64,000 nucleotides of DNA from Bdellovibrionales bacterium (GCA_965261545.1 CBDHDF010000010.1:864001-928000), one strand, 5' to 3'. Counted from the stretch's first letter, positions 10,064-21,050 are shown. Notes: generated by a model not told the origin, from the sequence alone. Program-made: numbers and translations.

Positions 10064-10839
10064 TTCACTCCAGCGCCATTATTTCACCTGAAGTGGAAAT
10101 CGGTGAGGATGTCACAATTGGCCCCTATGTAACGCTCAATGGTAAGATCCAGCTTGGACGGGGAACACGCATTGAAAGTCATGTGTGTATAGGCATGAAC
10201 CTAGGTCATATCACCATTGGAGAGCACAATCACTTTTTTTCTGGAAGTGTCATAGGAATGGCCCCTCAAGACCTAGGCTATAACAACGAAGAAACCTCTC
10301 TAGTCATAGGGGATAATAATATCATCCGAGAGTACAGCACTATCCATTTGGGAACACTCAAGGGTCATGGCGCCACCACGGTAGGCAACAACAATCTTTT
10401 CATGGCCTACACCCATATTGCCCATGATTGTGAGATTGGTAACCATGTGGTTATTGCCAATAACGCACAACTTGCAGGACATGTCATTGTTGAAGACCGG
10501 GCCGTCATCGGTGGTTGCTGTGGACTCACCCAATTTGTTAAGCTGGGAGCTTTTTGTTACATCTCTGGTTACAGTGCCGTTAACAAGGATATTCTTCCAT
10601 TTTCGATTGCCGATGGTCGCTGGGCTCTCATAAAGGGTACAAACAAGGTGGGCTTAGAGCGAGCTGAATTTCCTAAAAATGAAATTCAGCTCATACACAA
10701 AGCTCTGCGCTACCTTATTAAAGGCAAGGGAACCATTGACGAAATCATTGAGCAAATAAGGCAAAACTGTATTCCTTCAAAGTATGTTGATGAAATTATT
10801 CACTTCACTAAGAATTCTAAGAAGGGGTTGGCAAAATGA
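10060..10839 (+). CDS. lpxA: UDP-N-acetylglucosamine O-acyltransferase
   Basis: Hexapeptide repeats, PQDL, IRE..TIH.GT and HIAHDC. Confidence 0.93.
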   Translation: MIHSSAIISPEVEIGEDVTIGPYVTLNGKIQLGRGTRIESHVCIGMNLGHITIGEHNHFFSGSVIGMAPQDLGYNNEETSLVIGDNNIIREYSTIHLGTLKGHGATTVGNNNLFMAYTHIAHDCEIGNHVVIANNAQLAGHVIVEDRAVIGGCCGLTQFVKLGAFCYISGYSAVNKDILPFSIADGRWALIKGTNKVGLERAEFPKNEIQLIHKALRYLIKGKGTIDEIIEQIRQNCIPSKYVDEIIHFTKNSKKGLAK

Positions 10840-12026
10840 CCCCCCCCTTTTTGGCGCCTTCTGTTCTCATGGTGGCTGCCGAAGAATCCAGTGCCCTTTA
10901 TGCCACTCGGCTGTTGGAATACTGGAAACGACAGGGGCAAGAGCAAAGGTCAGGGCCAGAACCAAGGCAAAATATTCAAGCCTTTGGAGTGGGCAACCAA
11001 GCCATGGAGGCACTGGGTTTTCAAGTGCTCAGTCGCTCAGAAGATCTGGCCATCTTTGGCCTCTTTGAGGTTTTAAGCCACAGGTCCATCATAAAGAAAA
11101 CATTCCAGGCTCTCCTCAAAGAGGCCAAAGAGAGAAAACCAAAGGTGGCTCTTCTCCTAGATTATTCGTCTTTTAACCTCAGACTTGCCCTTCGCCTTAA
11201 GGAAATGGGAATTCCTGTGGTTTACTACATATCTCCCAAAATATGGGTTTGGAAAAAAAGACGCATGCAAAGAATTAAGCAAGTGGTGGACAAAATGCTG
11301 GTTCTCTTTTCCTTTGAAAGAGATATCTATGAGTCCCATGGAGTTCCGGTCTCTTTTGTTGGCCACCCTCTCTTAGATGAAATAGATGAAAAACTTCTCT
11401 CCAGTGAAAATCGTCAAATTCAGCGTCAACGATATGGCCTCAAGCCCCAAGATAAATTCTTAGGCTTGATGCCGGGGAGCCGATACTCAGAATTAAAGTA
11501 TAATTTAGAAATACAACTTCAAGTAGCAAGGCAGTTGGTTAAAGAAGACCCTCAACTTAAAGTGGGCCTTCTCGTGGCCCCCCCCTTTGCTACCAGTGAG
11601 ATCAAAGAACGAATTCCCAATATCGATTTCCCTTTGAGTATTGTCAAAGATAATCCTTTTGAAATGCTTTCTATGGCGGATGGGGTGTTATGTGCTTCGG
11701 GTACGGCCACCCTTTTTGTGGGACTTATGAAAAAGCCTCTTGTCATTATGTACAAACTCCACCCCATGACGGCCTGGCTTCTCAAGAGGATGGTCAAAGT
11801 AAAATATGTAGGTATGGTCAACATTGTCTTAAATCAAGAGGTGGGAGAAGAGTACCTCCAAGAAAGAGCCAACTTTTCAAATCTTCACCGGGCCACTCGC
11901 AAAATTCTCTACGATAAGGACTACATTCAGTTATCACAATCCGTTTTGGCTCGCCTCTCATCACAGCTTGGAGACAAGGGGGCCACAGCTCGGGTGGCCA
12001 GAGAGTTGGAGGAATTTTTACGTTGA
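10836..12026 (+). CDS. lpxB: Lipid-A-disaccharide synthase
   Basis: Motifs VAAEESS, LLDYSSFN, YYISPKIWVW, FVGHPL, LMPGSR..E and ASGTATL. Confidence 0.93.
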   Translation: MTPPFLAPSVLMVAAEESSALYATRLLEYWKRQGQEQRSGPEPRQNIQAFGVGNQAMEALGFQVLSRSEDLAIFGLFEVLSHRSIIKKTFQALLKEAKERKPKVALLLDYSSFNLRLALRLKEMGIPVVYYISPKIWVWKKRRMQRIKQVVDKMLVLFSFERDIYESHGVPVSFVGHPLLDEIDEKLLSSENRQIQRQRYGLKPQDKFLGLMPGSRYSELKYNLEIQLQVARQLVKEDPQLKVGLLVAPPFATSEIKERIPNIDFPLSIVKDNPFEMLSMADGVLCASGTATLFVGLMKKPLVIMYKLHPMTAWLLKRMVKVKYVGMVNIVLNQEVGEEYLQERANFSNLHRATRKILYDKDYIQLSQSVLARLSSQLGDKGATARVARELEEFLR

Positions 12027-13297
12027 TACGACCTACCCTCGCTCTTTTTTACTCACAACTTATGGAGGCAAGAACACAAGCCTATAAAAAAAACATTTTT
12101 TCTGTGGAAAAAGCCCTATGCCCTCTTATCAGCGTGGGAAATATCACAGTGGGTGGCACAGGAAAAACCCCCGTGGTTTCCCACCTCATCTCTTGGCTGC
12201 TGAGTAAGAAACTCAAGCCTGGTGTGGTTTCGAGGGGCTATGGGAGACGATACTCTGGCACCATTGCCGTAGATTTACAGGCGACACACCTAAATAATAA
12301 TACGAATTTTCTTGGTGATGCTGAAACAGCCTTGTTTGGCCATAAGGCGAGGGTCTCCCTTGGCGAGAGGGCAACAGCCTTGTTTGGCGATGAGCCGACC
12401 ATGCTGAAACAAACCCATCCCTATGTGCCCATTTACCTAAGTACCAAAAGAATTCATGCCTGTGATCAACTTGTCAAAAAGGAAAATGTTGACCTTATTA
12501 TCGCCGACGATGCTTTTCAACACCGCAGTCTCCATAGGGATCTTGACATTGTCGTTATCAATGCTTTGGAACCCTTGAAAAACTATCGAGTTCTCCCCTG
12601 GGGGCGAGCTAGAGAGTCCCTAAGTGCCCTCCAGTACGCTGACTGCATTATTCTCAATAAAGTCAATTTGGCTTCCAAAAATTTTGTCAATGAACTATGT
12701 GATACAATTCGAATTTATTCCCAAAGTCCCATTGTTCACGCGGAGTCTGTGGTCAAAGAATTAAAGCCTCTTTCCCATCATCACCAGATTTTTCACAACA
12801 CCCAAAATTTTTCCCCTGATGCCCCTGTCCATGATTCCCACGACTCCCATGGTGCCCAAGAATTTTCCCATAACATCCAGAATTTTTCTCGTGATTCCCA
12901 GGGGGAGCGCAAGAATTTGCTCCCTCAAACAGCCTTACTGGTTTCGGGAATTGGCCACCCTGAATCCTTTGAACAGCTTGTGATTCAACAGGGAATAAAA
13001 ATTATGGGACATTTAAAATACCCCGATCACCATCGATTTTGTGCCTCTGACATGAAGAAAATCTTTCTTCACCTAAAGTCTCTCAATACGGAAAATATCA
13101 TTATCACCCATAAAGACGCCGTTAAAATTTTAGAGATTTATCCAACCCCCCCCTCTATGAAAAAAGATTCAGAGAAAAAGAACTCAAACCTAGAGTGCAT
13201 CTGGGTCCTCCACCTTGACATGAAATTTGATCCCAGCTGGGATTTTTTGCGAGAAAAAATGCTTCGTAAATTACTGACGAGGAGTATGAATGACTAG
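12023..13297 (+). CDS. lpxK: Tetraacyldisaccharide 4'-kinase (with two inserts)
   Basis: Motifs SVGNITVGGTGKTP, SRGYG, GDEP, DDAFQH, LPWGRARE, YPDHH and THKDAVK. Confidence 0.93.
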   Translation: MIRPTLALFYSQLMEARTQAYKKNIFSVEKALCPLISVGNITVGGTGKTPVVSHLISWLLSKKLKPGVVSRGYGRRYSGTIAVDLQATHLNNNTNFLGDAETALFGHKARVSLGERATALFGDEPTMLKQTHPYVPIYLSTKRIHACDQLVKKENVDLIIADDAFQHRSLHRDLDIVVINALEPLKNYRVLPWGRARESLSALQYADCIILNKVNLASKNFVNELCDTIRIYSQSPIVHAESVVKELKPLSHHHQIFHNTQNFSPDAPVHDSHDSHGAQEFSHNIQNFSRDSQGERKNLLPQTALLVSGIGHPESFEQLVIQQGIKIMGHLKYPDHHRFCASDMKKIFLHLKSLNTENIIITHKDAVKILEIYPTPPSMKKDSEKKNSNLECIWVLHLDMKFDPSWDFLREKMLRKLLTRSMND

Positions 13298-13917
13298 TCC
13301 TCCGTCAAAAATAGCCATCAGAGGAGCCAGTGGGAGCTCCTTTATGAGTTGGGCCTGGGAGTTGGCTCGTCGCTCGGGGGGCGAGTTGTATGCTACAACT
13401 GTAAATGAAAACATACATTGACTTTACTCCAAAGCAAGATGCATAACTTTTACTTATGAAAAAATCTCTCCCTCCCCTTTGCTTAACCCTTGATAACGCT
13501 TTTAAAGCATTTTTTAAGCACGACCAGGGCTTACTCAAGCCTTTGTTGCAGGATTTTCTTCCCTTGCCACCCGGTTGTCGGGTGGAGCATGTGCAGTTGT
13601 TAGATGCCGAAGAAAACTCTTCAGAGGCAAGCAAACCTTCGGGAAAGACCTTTATCTTGGACATGAAGCTTCGCATTTCTCGACAATTGTCCAGTGGGGA
13701 GTGGGTCGAAAATGAAACTGTGAATGTGGAAATGCAAACCGTCTCCCAAAGAGACTTCACAAATCGCCTTCTTGCCTATGCGGGACGGGTCTACTCCAAC
13801 CAAGTGAAAGAAGGAGAAAAATACGAGAAATTAAAAACTGTTTACTCCCTTGTTTTCAGTACTGTGGATCTTCCTGAGCTATGCAAGGACAACGATTATT
13901 ACCACACATGCAGCATG

Positions 13918-15330
13918 CAATGCCGTTTCCTTAAGCCACCACACCCCTCTGCCTCTGCGTTAAGCTATTTCTTTTAAAAGAACTCCCAGCCCTTTTGATA
14001 GACCTTTCATAGCTTCTTTTGAAGTGCCTCCTCTTCTCCATTGAAATCTTCATCAGCAACTTTATCTGCTTCCTAAATTTCTGATAGAGCCCCGCAACAA
14101 AAAGGGGGATGCTATCCATTATGAAATCAAAAATCAGTTTAAAGTTAGGTTTTTTGTAGTCATTTTTTACCAACTGATTCACACTGTCTTCATCCTCATT
14201 TATGCTCATTTGAATCTTTGTATAATTGAAGAGCCAAAAATAAGAATACAGCTCTTGCAATATTCCATTAAGGCTTGTTGAGTGCCACTGCTCCATTTTC
14301 ATTGTCGATGTAAAATCACGAAATGTCGTTTCTATTTCCCAACGACGAGAGTAAAGAGCAACCATATCCTTCTTGTCCAAGGAGCCATGCGGAAGATTAG
14401 TGGCCAAAACAGAGAACTCCCCAGTCTTTGGGTTTTTATACTTATAGAGATGAATGACCACCCCCTCAATAACCATTTGTGAATACCAACCTGGGCCATT
14501 AAATAAATTTACGATGGGGATAAAAGTAGAGCCTCGCTTACAACGCGCAATAAAGAAGTTACTGGCTTGAGCATGGGCCTTAATAATCTCTGTAGATAAA
14601 TAAAGCCTATCGTAGAGAGTTATGCTATTACTCTCAAAACTACCTATCATTTGAATAGCATTGGCGATTTCGTTGAGAGCGGGAGAATAGCAAAGATTCT
14701 TTGTCACACCCGATAAAACGTCATAAGCATGAGATACATACGTAAGAAATGAGTTTCCATCTCATTTGGGCAAGGGTACCCACAATAACCCTCCTTTAAA
14801 AGATCTTTAGAGCGAGGAAGTGCTAATTGGTCGCCATCTATGGCATAGATATAAAAGCCATGAAACGTTTTTCTCAATGGTTCGTAGTCTGTAATCAGAG
14901 ATTCAAAGATATTTTTAAAAAATAGGTAAGAAATACTTTGACGTATCTTGCTGAGACTGCTTTTGACTGGCATGAGAAGCAGGTCACCAAAATGAGTCCA
15001 TACCGTCTTAAGAGCGATTTGGTAGCCTTCGTAATTTGTTCCGGAAATAAGATAGATAATAGTAAAAAAGAAAATTTGAGGATTAAATTTTCGATTCCTT
15101 TTTTGTTTTTCTGGATCGACAAGGTGCTCTGGCTTGAAGGAAGAATCAAGTTTTGGTAGAATAAAATGGTCATCTGTGACGCGAACTCGTCATTTGGGGG
15201 CTTTCGAGATCAATATTGGATTGCATGTGACTTACTCCTTGGTTGAGGGTTGGGTGTAAAATAAAACAAGTCTTATTCTTGTCGATTTATCTAATGATTT
15301 CAAGAGATTTTTCTTAAGGAAACGGCATTG
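13918..15330 (-). mobile_element. IS4-family insertion sequence, 1413 bp, with both ends complete
   Basis: Perfect 18-bp IRs CAATGCCGTTTCCTTAAG (13918-13935 and 15313-15330). 10-bp TSD ATGCAGCATG (13908-13917 and 15331-15340); the intact paralog has this sequence only once. Confidence 0.95.
13931..15226 (-). pseudogene. IS4-family DDE transposase, frameshifted
   Basis: SD AAGGAG + ATG at 15226. Coding continues in changing frames (14895-15173, 14704-14973, 13931-14707) carrying YAIDGDQ, LYDRLY and LYSRRWEIETTFR. Confidence 0.88.
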
Positions 15331-15820
15331 ATGCAGCATGAGGCAGGATAGATACCCTCATTTGAGACTCACCGATGGTATGCAATTTGTCATTGTAGAA
15401 TTGAACAAGTTCATTGGCAGATTAGACAGTCTTGTTGACCAGCGTGAAGCGTGGTGCTATTTCTTAAAGAGATCGGATGAGTTGGATCAACAAACCAGCC
15501 AAGAGCTAGCCAAAAAAGGAAGGGACATGGGAAGAGCCGTCAAAAATTTGTGGAATTTGTCTCAAGACGAACTCATGCGAGAGCGACTTGAAGCTGAAGA
15601 TAAGCAGCGTCGAGATCGTTTATCACAGATCGACACAGCCCATGAAGAAGGGCTTGAAAAAGGGCTTGAAAAAGGACGTGAAAAAGGACGTGAAGAAGGG
15701 CGAAGGGAAGAAAGAGAGGCTTTTGTTTTAAAGTTACTTTCAGAAGGTATAGAAGTTTCTGTTATAACTACAGTGACAGAGTTTTCTGAAGACGAAATCA
15801 AGGCTCTTCAAAAAAAGTAA

Positions 15821-15951
15821 AAAAATTTTTAACCTGACCTAGTTATTCTGTGACGCCAATAGTGTCTAGAAATTTAACAGTATTTTTATGGGACAATGGT
15901 CAGAGTGGATATATAACGAAAAGTAAGACGCCACTTAAGCCACCAACTTAT
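15821..15951 (+). repeat. Conserved non-coding trailer of rpn, copy A (copy B at 51463-51591)
   Basis: About 130 nt align with scattered substitutions; both copies end in CCACTTAAGCCACCAACTTAT. Confidence 0.9.
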
Positions 15952-16010
15952 ACCCACTTTAGCACGCAATAAGCAAATCAAGATGCATTTGTAACCGCTC
16001 CATTCTCTTT

Positions 16011-16151
16011 GTGGTAGCCCATGTCTTGCGGTTAAAAGGAAACCGCTGTCAAGGTAGAACTCCCAAAGAAACTTGGGATGCAGGCTACAAGCTCTATCAA
16101 AAATATGTCATAGATAACCAGAAGTGTGAGATCGAGACCGTAATTTCAACA
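16011..16151 (+). mobile_element. IS481-family relic (transposase C-terminus and right end)
   Basis: KGNRCQGRTPKETW resembles IS481 C-termini. It is followed by TGTGAGATCGAGACCGTAATTTCAACA, similar to IS481-type TGTCAGATC...ACA ends. Confidence 0.55.
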
Positions 16152-16197
16152 AACGGCGAAGCCTTTGTTGAAACCGGACCGAAGCACAAAAATTCAA

Positions 16198-16248
16198 TAT
16201 TTCCCTAGGAATTTAGACTTTAGGCTTCGGGAAACTCGGAGATAGCCG
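16198..16248. repeat. ~50-bp hairpin-containing element, copy A (copy B at 53338-53389); possible terminator of the minus-strand gene
   Basis: TATTTCCCTAGG(G)AATTT(A/G)GACTTTAGGCT(T/C)CG(G/A)GAAACTCGGA(G/T)ATAGCCG is present twice in the window. Confidence 0.8.
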
Positions 16249-16249
16249 G

Positions 16250-17461
16250 TTATTTAAAGCAAAACCTTGAAATGTAGGCCACCTCAGAATCCTCCATGAC
16301 CTTAAGCCACTTGGTATTGTGAGGTGATACAGATAGCTCTTCACCTTTGAGCCCCTTTCTTACAACGCTAGATTTCAAGCTTGGCTTATTACGCATATTG
16401 CAATCTTTCACCATAGTTTTTCTTGATATGGATGCAATCCCTCTTTTTTTAGAAGACCGCAGGCGCTTCTTCTTCCCAGATTTTGTTTTTGCATATCTCT
16501 TATTTAAAGAAGATCTTTTGCTGGCGCGAACCATTCTTCTTTTCTTCGCCAGGGCTCTTTTCTTAGCAATTTTTTGCTTAAGTTTCTTCAAGAAGTTTTT
16601 CTTGTGCTTTGCTATTTTTCTTTGTTCAAGAAGCTTTTTGTCTTCTACCTTCTTCTCTTTGCGAAGGCGATTTAACTCTTCTTGGGATGCATTTTTTTGT
16701 TCCTCATAGCGCACCAACAAGTTCGTTTCTATATTTTGAAGTTCATTTTGTACCTGATCTAAATTATTTTCAATACGACTCGCTTCTTCTTCGTTAGATG
16801 TAATTTGAGATTTAGATTGTTCGATCTTTTTCTTATTGGAGGCAATAGAACGCTGTATATCTTTAATTTTTTTGTCGGCCTCATCTTGGAGTTTCAAAAG
16901 CTGCTCTTTGGAATCTTTTTGAGCCTCCTTTAAGGCCATCAATTTATTATTAAATTTTTCTTTTTCTTGATTTTGATTTTCTAATTCCTCGTTTATTTGA
17001 GCTATTTCTTTTTCTTGTTCCTGAAGATTTTCTTGGAGAACTGCATTGGCTTCTGTTATAGATGAAATATCATCTCTTATTTTCCCAATACTTATTGTTT
17101 TTCTTTGTTTATTATCTTTTAATTCTTCAATTTTGCTTGTCATTTGAGATTTTTGCTGAAAAAGGTTTTCTTTTTCAGAGTTGGCCTGATCCCATTTTTT
17201 TTCTAATTCAGCAAGAGCTTCCATTTCTGATTGGGCTTCTTTTTCAAGTATAGCAATTTCATTTTTGTATTTGCTGACTTCCTCGACTTCTTCTTGAACC
17301 CTTTTTTCTAAGTCTTCAGCTTCCTCTTGGGCGGACTCGGATTCAGCAAGTACCGACTCTATTTCAACTTCAACATCTTCAAGCTCACTTTGAGCGACGG
17401 ACTGTGAGAAAGAAAAAATCAAACCACCGCCAAGAATAAGAATTATTTTAACGAGTTGCAT
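16250..17461 (-). CDS. Secreted coiled-coil protein with a basic linker and C-terminal SH3b-like domain
   Basis: Likely start ATG 17461 (SD-like AAGGGG; MQLVKIILIL... signal peptide). A long Glu/Lys heptad region precedes the SH3b-like pattern CNMRNKPSLKSSVV...G...KWLKV...AYI. Confidence 0.75.
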   Translation of the reverse strand: MQLVKIILILGGGLIFSFSQSVAQSELEDVEVEIESVLAESESAQEEAEDLEKRVQEEVEEVSKYKNEIAILEKEAQSEMEALAELEKKWDQANSEKENLFQQKSQMTSKIEELKDNKQRKTISIGKIRDDISSITEANAVLQENLQEQEKEIAQINEELENQNQEKEKFNNKLMALKEAQKDSKEQLLKLQDEADKKIKDIQRSIASNKKKIEQSKSQITSNEEEASRIENNLDQVQNELQNIETNLLVRYEEQKNASQEELNRLRKEKKVEDKKLLEQRKIAKHKKNFLKKLKQKIAKKRALAKKRRMVRASKRSSLNKRYAKTKSGKKKRLRSSKKRGIASISRKTMVKDCNMRNKPSLKSSVVRKGLKGEELSVSPHNTKWLKVMEDSEVAYISRFCFK

Positions 17462-17830
17462 AACGTGCCCCTTTTCTGTTATTATATTTATAGTTTGTGT
17501 AATACCTCTTGTATATTTTGTGTATTTATAGGACCTCTCATTTTCTAACAATTTATTATAAAATAAAATTATGAATTTCTATGCCTCTAAATGTTTTGAT
17601 TTATACTAACTTCGGACCTTTTGTTCATTTATTTTAGTTTTCTTTGGTCTGATTTATTTATCTATACTTAGGTTGGGTCTTTATCGCATCATTCTTCATG
17701 AAATTGGGATTTGTCTCATATTATCTTTCTGTTGATCCGATGAAATTATGAAATATAAATATAAAATAATATATGAATCTACTTTAGATTTAGATGTGAA
17801 ATAATTGAAGGATTAAGGAGAAAAAAATCT

Positions 17831-20143
17831 GTGTCGATCCATGAGAATTGTCATCTCATAGCTGTTACGGGCGGTAAAGGTGGAGTGGGAAAGAGTGTAT
17901 TTTCAGCTAATCTTGCTTTGACTTTTCTCAAGGAACTTAAGTCACCCACTCTCCTTGTGGATTTGGATAACAACAGTTGTGGTGACCAAAATATTATCAC
18001 GGGCTTGCGCCCCCAAAAGACTGTGGGTGATCTCGTAAATTTTAATCAAGTCATTACTCTCCAGAGCCTTAAGTCTATTGTTTCTTTGCACCAGGTAGGT
18101 CTTGCTTATCTTGGTGCGGTTCAAGGTCCCGATCAATCTTTATCAGGAAGTAGTGAAATTTTTAAAAAACAACTCTATGCTCTTAGCCAATTTTATAAAT
18201 ATATTGTTGTAGACTTAGGGCGAGAAATAGGCGACCTTCAATTGAGCGCTATTGAGGGGGCAAGTGTCATTCTCGTGACAACAACGCCAGAGGTTCTTGT
18301 TATCAACCAAACTCGTAAACTTATCAATGAGCTTATAGTGGCAACAGTTCCTCAAGATCTTTTACAAATTGTTTTAAATAAGGTGGGTCGAGGGGGGCTC
18401 GCTCCACAGGCTATTGGCAATAGTCTTAGAAGACCTCTTTTAGTGAGTATTCCCCAGGACGATATTTCCACATTAAATGCTTTGCAAAAATCGACACCTT
18501 TTGTTCTTGGCGCCCCAGATACGCCCATTACAGCTTCTTACCATGAAGTGGTGAGAAAGCTCACGGGAGGACTTCTCCGAAAGCTCAAATCTGTTTCTAG
18601 ACCTCAAAATTTGCAGGCAAAACAACCAGGCTCCAAAGGTGCTAAGGGGAGCCAGGAAAGGTCTGAAAAACTTAGAGGAACTCCTCAAAAGCTAAGTCCT
18701 TTGAACTTGTTAAAGCAGCAAATTCACACAGAACTCATCCGTGAAATGGATTTGAAGAAAGATATTACCAACTCCAAGGGAGACCCTGAAAAGGAAAAAG
18801 AACTTAAATCTAAGACCCAAAAGACCATTGTGCAACTCACAGATAAGCATGGGCAGGGTCTATCAAGAGAGGAGCGATCCAAGGTTATCAAACAGGTTCT
18901 CGACGAAGCTCTAGGGTTGGGGCCCTTGGAGGAACTTCTCGCTGACCCTACGGTCACAGAAATTATGGTCAATGGATCAGAAAAAATCTATGCAGAAAAA
19001 AGTGGTAAAGTGATTTTAACTCCCGTTGAATTTACTTCAAATTTGCAACTTCGAAATGTTATTGAAAGAATTGTAACCCCCCTAGGACGAAGAATTGATG
19101 AGAAAACGCCCTATGTGGATGCGCGTCTTCAAGATGGAAGTCGTGTCAATGCCGTCATTGAACCGCTTGCCATTGACGGTCCCTCGGTGACGATACGAAA
19201 ATTTCCCGCAGATCGAATCACTATCAGTGACTACACGGATCGCTTTGGTTCACTCACAAAACCCATGGCCGATTTCTTAAAAATCTGTGTGGAGCAGGGA
19301 CTGAATATTGTTATTTCGGGAGGAACGGGCTCAGGAAAAACAACATTGCTTAATGTTATGTCGGGTTTCATACCTACCAACGAGAGAATTATTACAGTGG
19401 AAGATGCTGCAGAGCTTCAACTTAAACAAGAGCATGTGGTGCGCTTGGAAACGCGCCCCCCTAACATGGAGGGGGAGGGGGAAGTCTCCATCCGTGACCT
19501 TATTCGCAACTCACTGAGAATGCGACCGGATCGAATTGTTGTGGGTGAGTGTCGGGACGGGGCAGCTCTCGATATGCTTGCTGCCATGAATACAGGTCAT
19601 GATGGCTCTATGACGACTGTCCATGCTAACAATCCAAGAGAGGCTATTTCAAGGCTTGAGACTCTGTGCCTCATGGCGGGCATGGAACTTCCAATGAAAG
19701 CCATACGAGAACAAATTGCAGGAGCCGTCAGCTTGATTGTGCAAATTGGTCGCTTGTCAGATGGAAGCCGTAAAGTTAAGAGTGTCACTGAAGTCGTGGG
19801 AATGCAGGGAGATACGGTAACTCTGCAAGAGGTTTTTCGTTTTAAAGAAGAGGGGTTTGATAAGAATAGAAAGATTGTCGGGCAATTCCAAGCCATGGGC
19901 CTTATTCCCACTTTTATTGAAAAGTTTGAACAGCGTGGAATTACCGTGCCGAGAAATTTATTTACAACAAGCACTCCGTCTGGCCAAACAAAAGTCTCGT
20001 CTTCTGGTGGTGTGGCTAGCAAAATGAGGTCTCGGCCGGGAGGGCGCACGGCTCCACCCCCGCGCTCAACCTCCGGGTCCACTCCCATTTCTTCTGCTTC
20101 ATCAAATGCTTCTAACAAAAAAGTGAGTGGAGAACCCCTGTGA
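17831..20143 (+). CDS. tadA: Fused MinD/CpaE(TadZ)-like ATPase + CpaF/TadA Flp-pilus assembly ATPase
   Basis: The N-terminus has a deviant Walker [10 protein letters not shown]. The C-terminus has [29 protein letters not shown] and [24 protein letters not shown] precedes the GTG. Confidence 0.92.
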   Translation: MSIHENCHLIAVTGGKGGVGKSVFSANLALTFLKELKSPTLLVDLDNNSCGDQNIITGLRPQKTVGDLVNFNQVITLQSLKSIVSLHQVGLAYLGAVQGPDQSLSGSSEIFKKQLYALSQFYKYIVVDLGREIGDLQLSAIEGASVILVTTTPEVLVINQTRKLINELIVATVPQDLLQIVLNKVGRGGLAPQAIGNSLRRPLLVSIPQDDISTLNALQKSTPFVLGAPDTPITASYHEVVRKLTGGLLRKLKSVSRPQNLQAKQPGSKGAKGSQERSEKLRGTPQKLSPLNLLKQQIHTELIREMDLKKDITNSKGDPEKEKELKSKTQKTIVQLTDKHGQGLSREERSKVIKQVLDEALGLGPLEELLADPTVTEIMVNGSEKIYAEKSGKVILTPVEFTSNLQLRNVIERIVTPLGRRIDEKTPYVDARLQDGSRVNAVIEPLAIDGPSVTIRKFPADRITISDYTDRFGSLTKPMADFLKICVEQGLNIVISGGTGSGKTTLLNVMSGFIPTNERIITVEDAAELQLKQEHVVRLETRPPNMEGEGEVSIRDLIRNSLRMRPDRIVVGECRDGAALDMLAAMNTGHDGSMTTVHANNPREAISRLETLCLMAGMELPMKAIREQIAGAVSLIVQIGRLSDGSRKVKSVTEVVGMQGDTVTLQEVFRFKEEGFDKNRKIVGQFQAMGLIPTFIEKFEQRGITVPRNLFTTSTPSGQTKVSSSGGVASKMRSRPGGRTAPPPRSTSGSTPISSASSNASNKKVSGEPL

Positions 20144-21018
20144 GTGATATTTTAAGCCATTCTTACTTTATAATTCCTATGGTGGCCATTTGTGTCTTTA
20201 TCTTTTCTTATCTTATGTACGATCGCATTTTGGCTTATTTGTATGAAAAAAGTCTTGGAAACCGTGAAACTATACTCGACCTTCTCGATAAAATGTTTAT
20301 TAAAACCAATAAGAAGAACATCACCCTCATGTTGCTTTTGTTTAGCTTTGGAATGGGGGGAGTTATATTTTTAGCATTATGGCCCCATATTATCATGGGA
20401 TTTCTTATGGGCGTTTCTGTGACCATGCTCGGGTGGTCTTTGCCAAAAATTCTTATCACTCGTATGTGGAATAAAAGATGCACCCATATTACCAATCAAA
20501 TGGTGGATGGTATGACAATTATGTCTAATGGAGTTAAGGCGGGCTTGAGTGTTACCCAAGCCATGGAGAGGGTGGTGGAGAACATGCGTGGCCCTTTGCC
20601 CCAGGAATTTGGACTTATCCTTAACAAAATTCGCCTTGGGATGTCTGTGGAAGAGGCTCTCAATGATTTTGGTGAAAGGGTCCCTCGGCAAGATACTCAG
20701 ATGCTTGTGACCGCCGTTAATATTCTCAAGGAGACGGGGGGAAATCTCGCTGAAACATTTACTATGATGACAACAACCATTCGTGACCGGCAGAAGGTTG
20801 AGAAAAAGATTGAGGCTATGACAGCCCAAGGGGTGATGCAGGGGGTAATTATGACATTGGTCCCGTTTTTGCTATTGATGGTTTTTCTCGTTATTGATCC
20901 CAATTATGTGAAGCCTCTGTTTACCACTCCCATGGGCTGGGTGGCTTTGTCAATGATGCTTGGTCTCCAAATTATAGGTGGAGTTATGATTAAAAAAGTA
21001 GTTACAATTAAGGTCTAG
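20140..21018 (+). CDS. tadB: Flp pilus assembly protein TadB (T2SS F family)
   Basis: Motifs VKAGLS..QAM, PL.QEF and ETGGNLAE, TM helices, and a start overlapping the tadA stop. Confidence 0.9.
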   Translation: MSDILSHSYFIIPMVAICVFIFSYLMYDRILAYLYEKSLGNRETILDLLDKMFIKTNKKNITLMLLLFSFGMGGVIFLALWPHIIMGFLMGVSVTMLGWSLPKILITRMWNKRCTHITNQMVDGMTIMSNGVKAGLSVTQAMERVVENMRGPLPQEFGLILNKIRLGMSVEEALNDFGERVPRQDTQMLVTAVNILKETGGNLAETFTMMTTTIRDRQKVEKKIEAMTAQGVMQGVIMTLVPFLLLMVFLVIDPNYVKPLFTTPMGWVALSMMLGLQIIGGVMIKKVVTIKV

Positions 21019-21050
21019 AATGATTAAAATAACTAGAGAAGGAGTAGGGC

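Larger units (their letters stand above)
13456..15820 (+). pseudogene. Rpn-family PD-(D/E)XK nuclease/putative transposase gene interrupted by an IS4 element (5' part 13456-13917, 3' part 15341-15820)
   Basis: Both parts are nearly identical to the intact copy at 50413-51462. Removing the IS and one TSD restores ...YYHTCSMRQDRYPHLRLTDG.... Confidence 0.92.
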
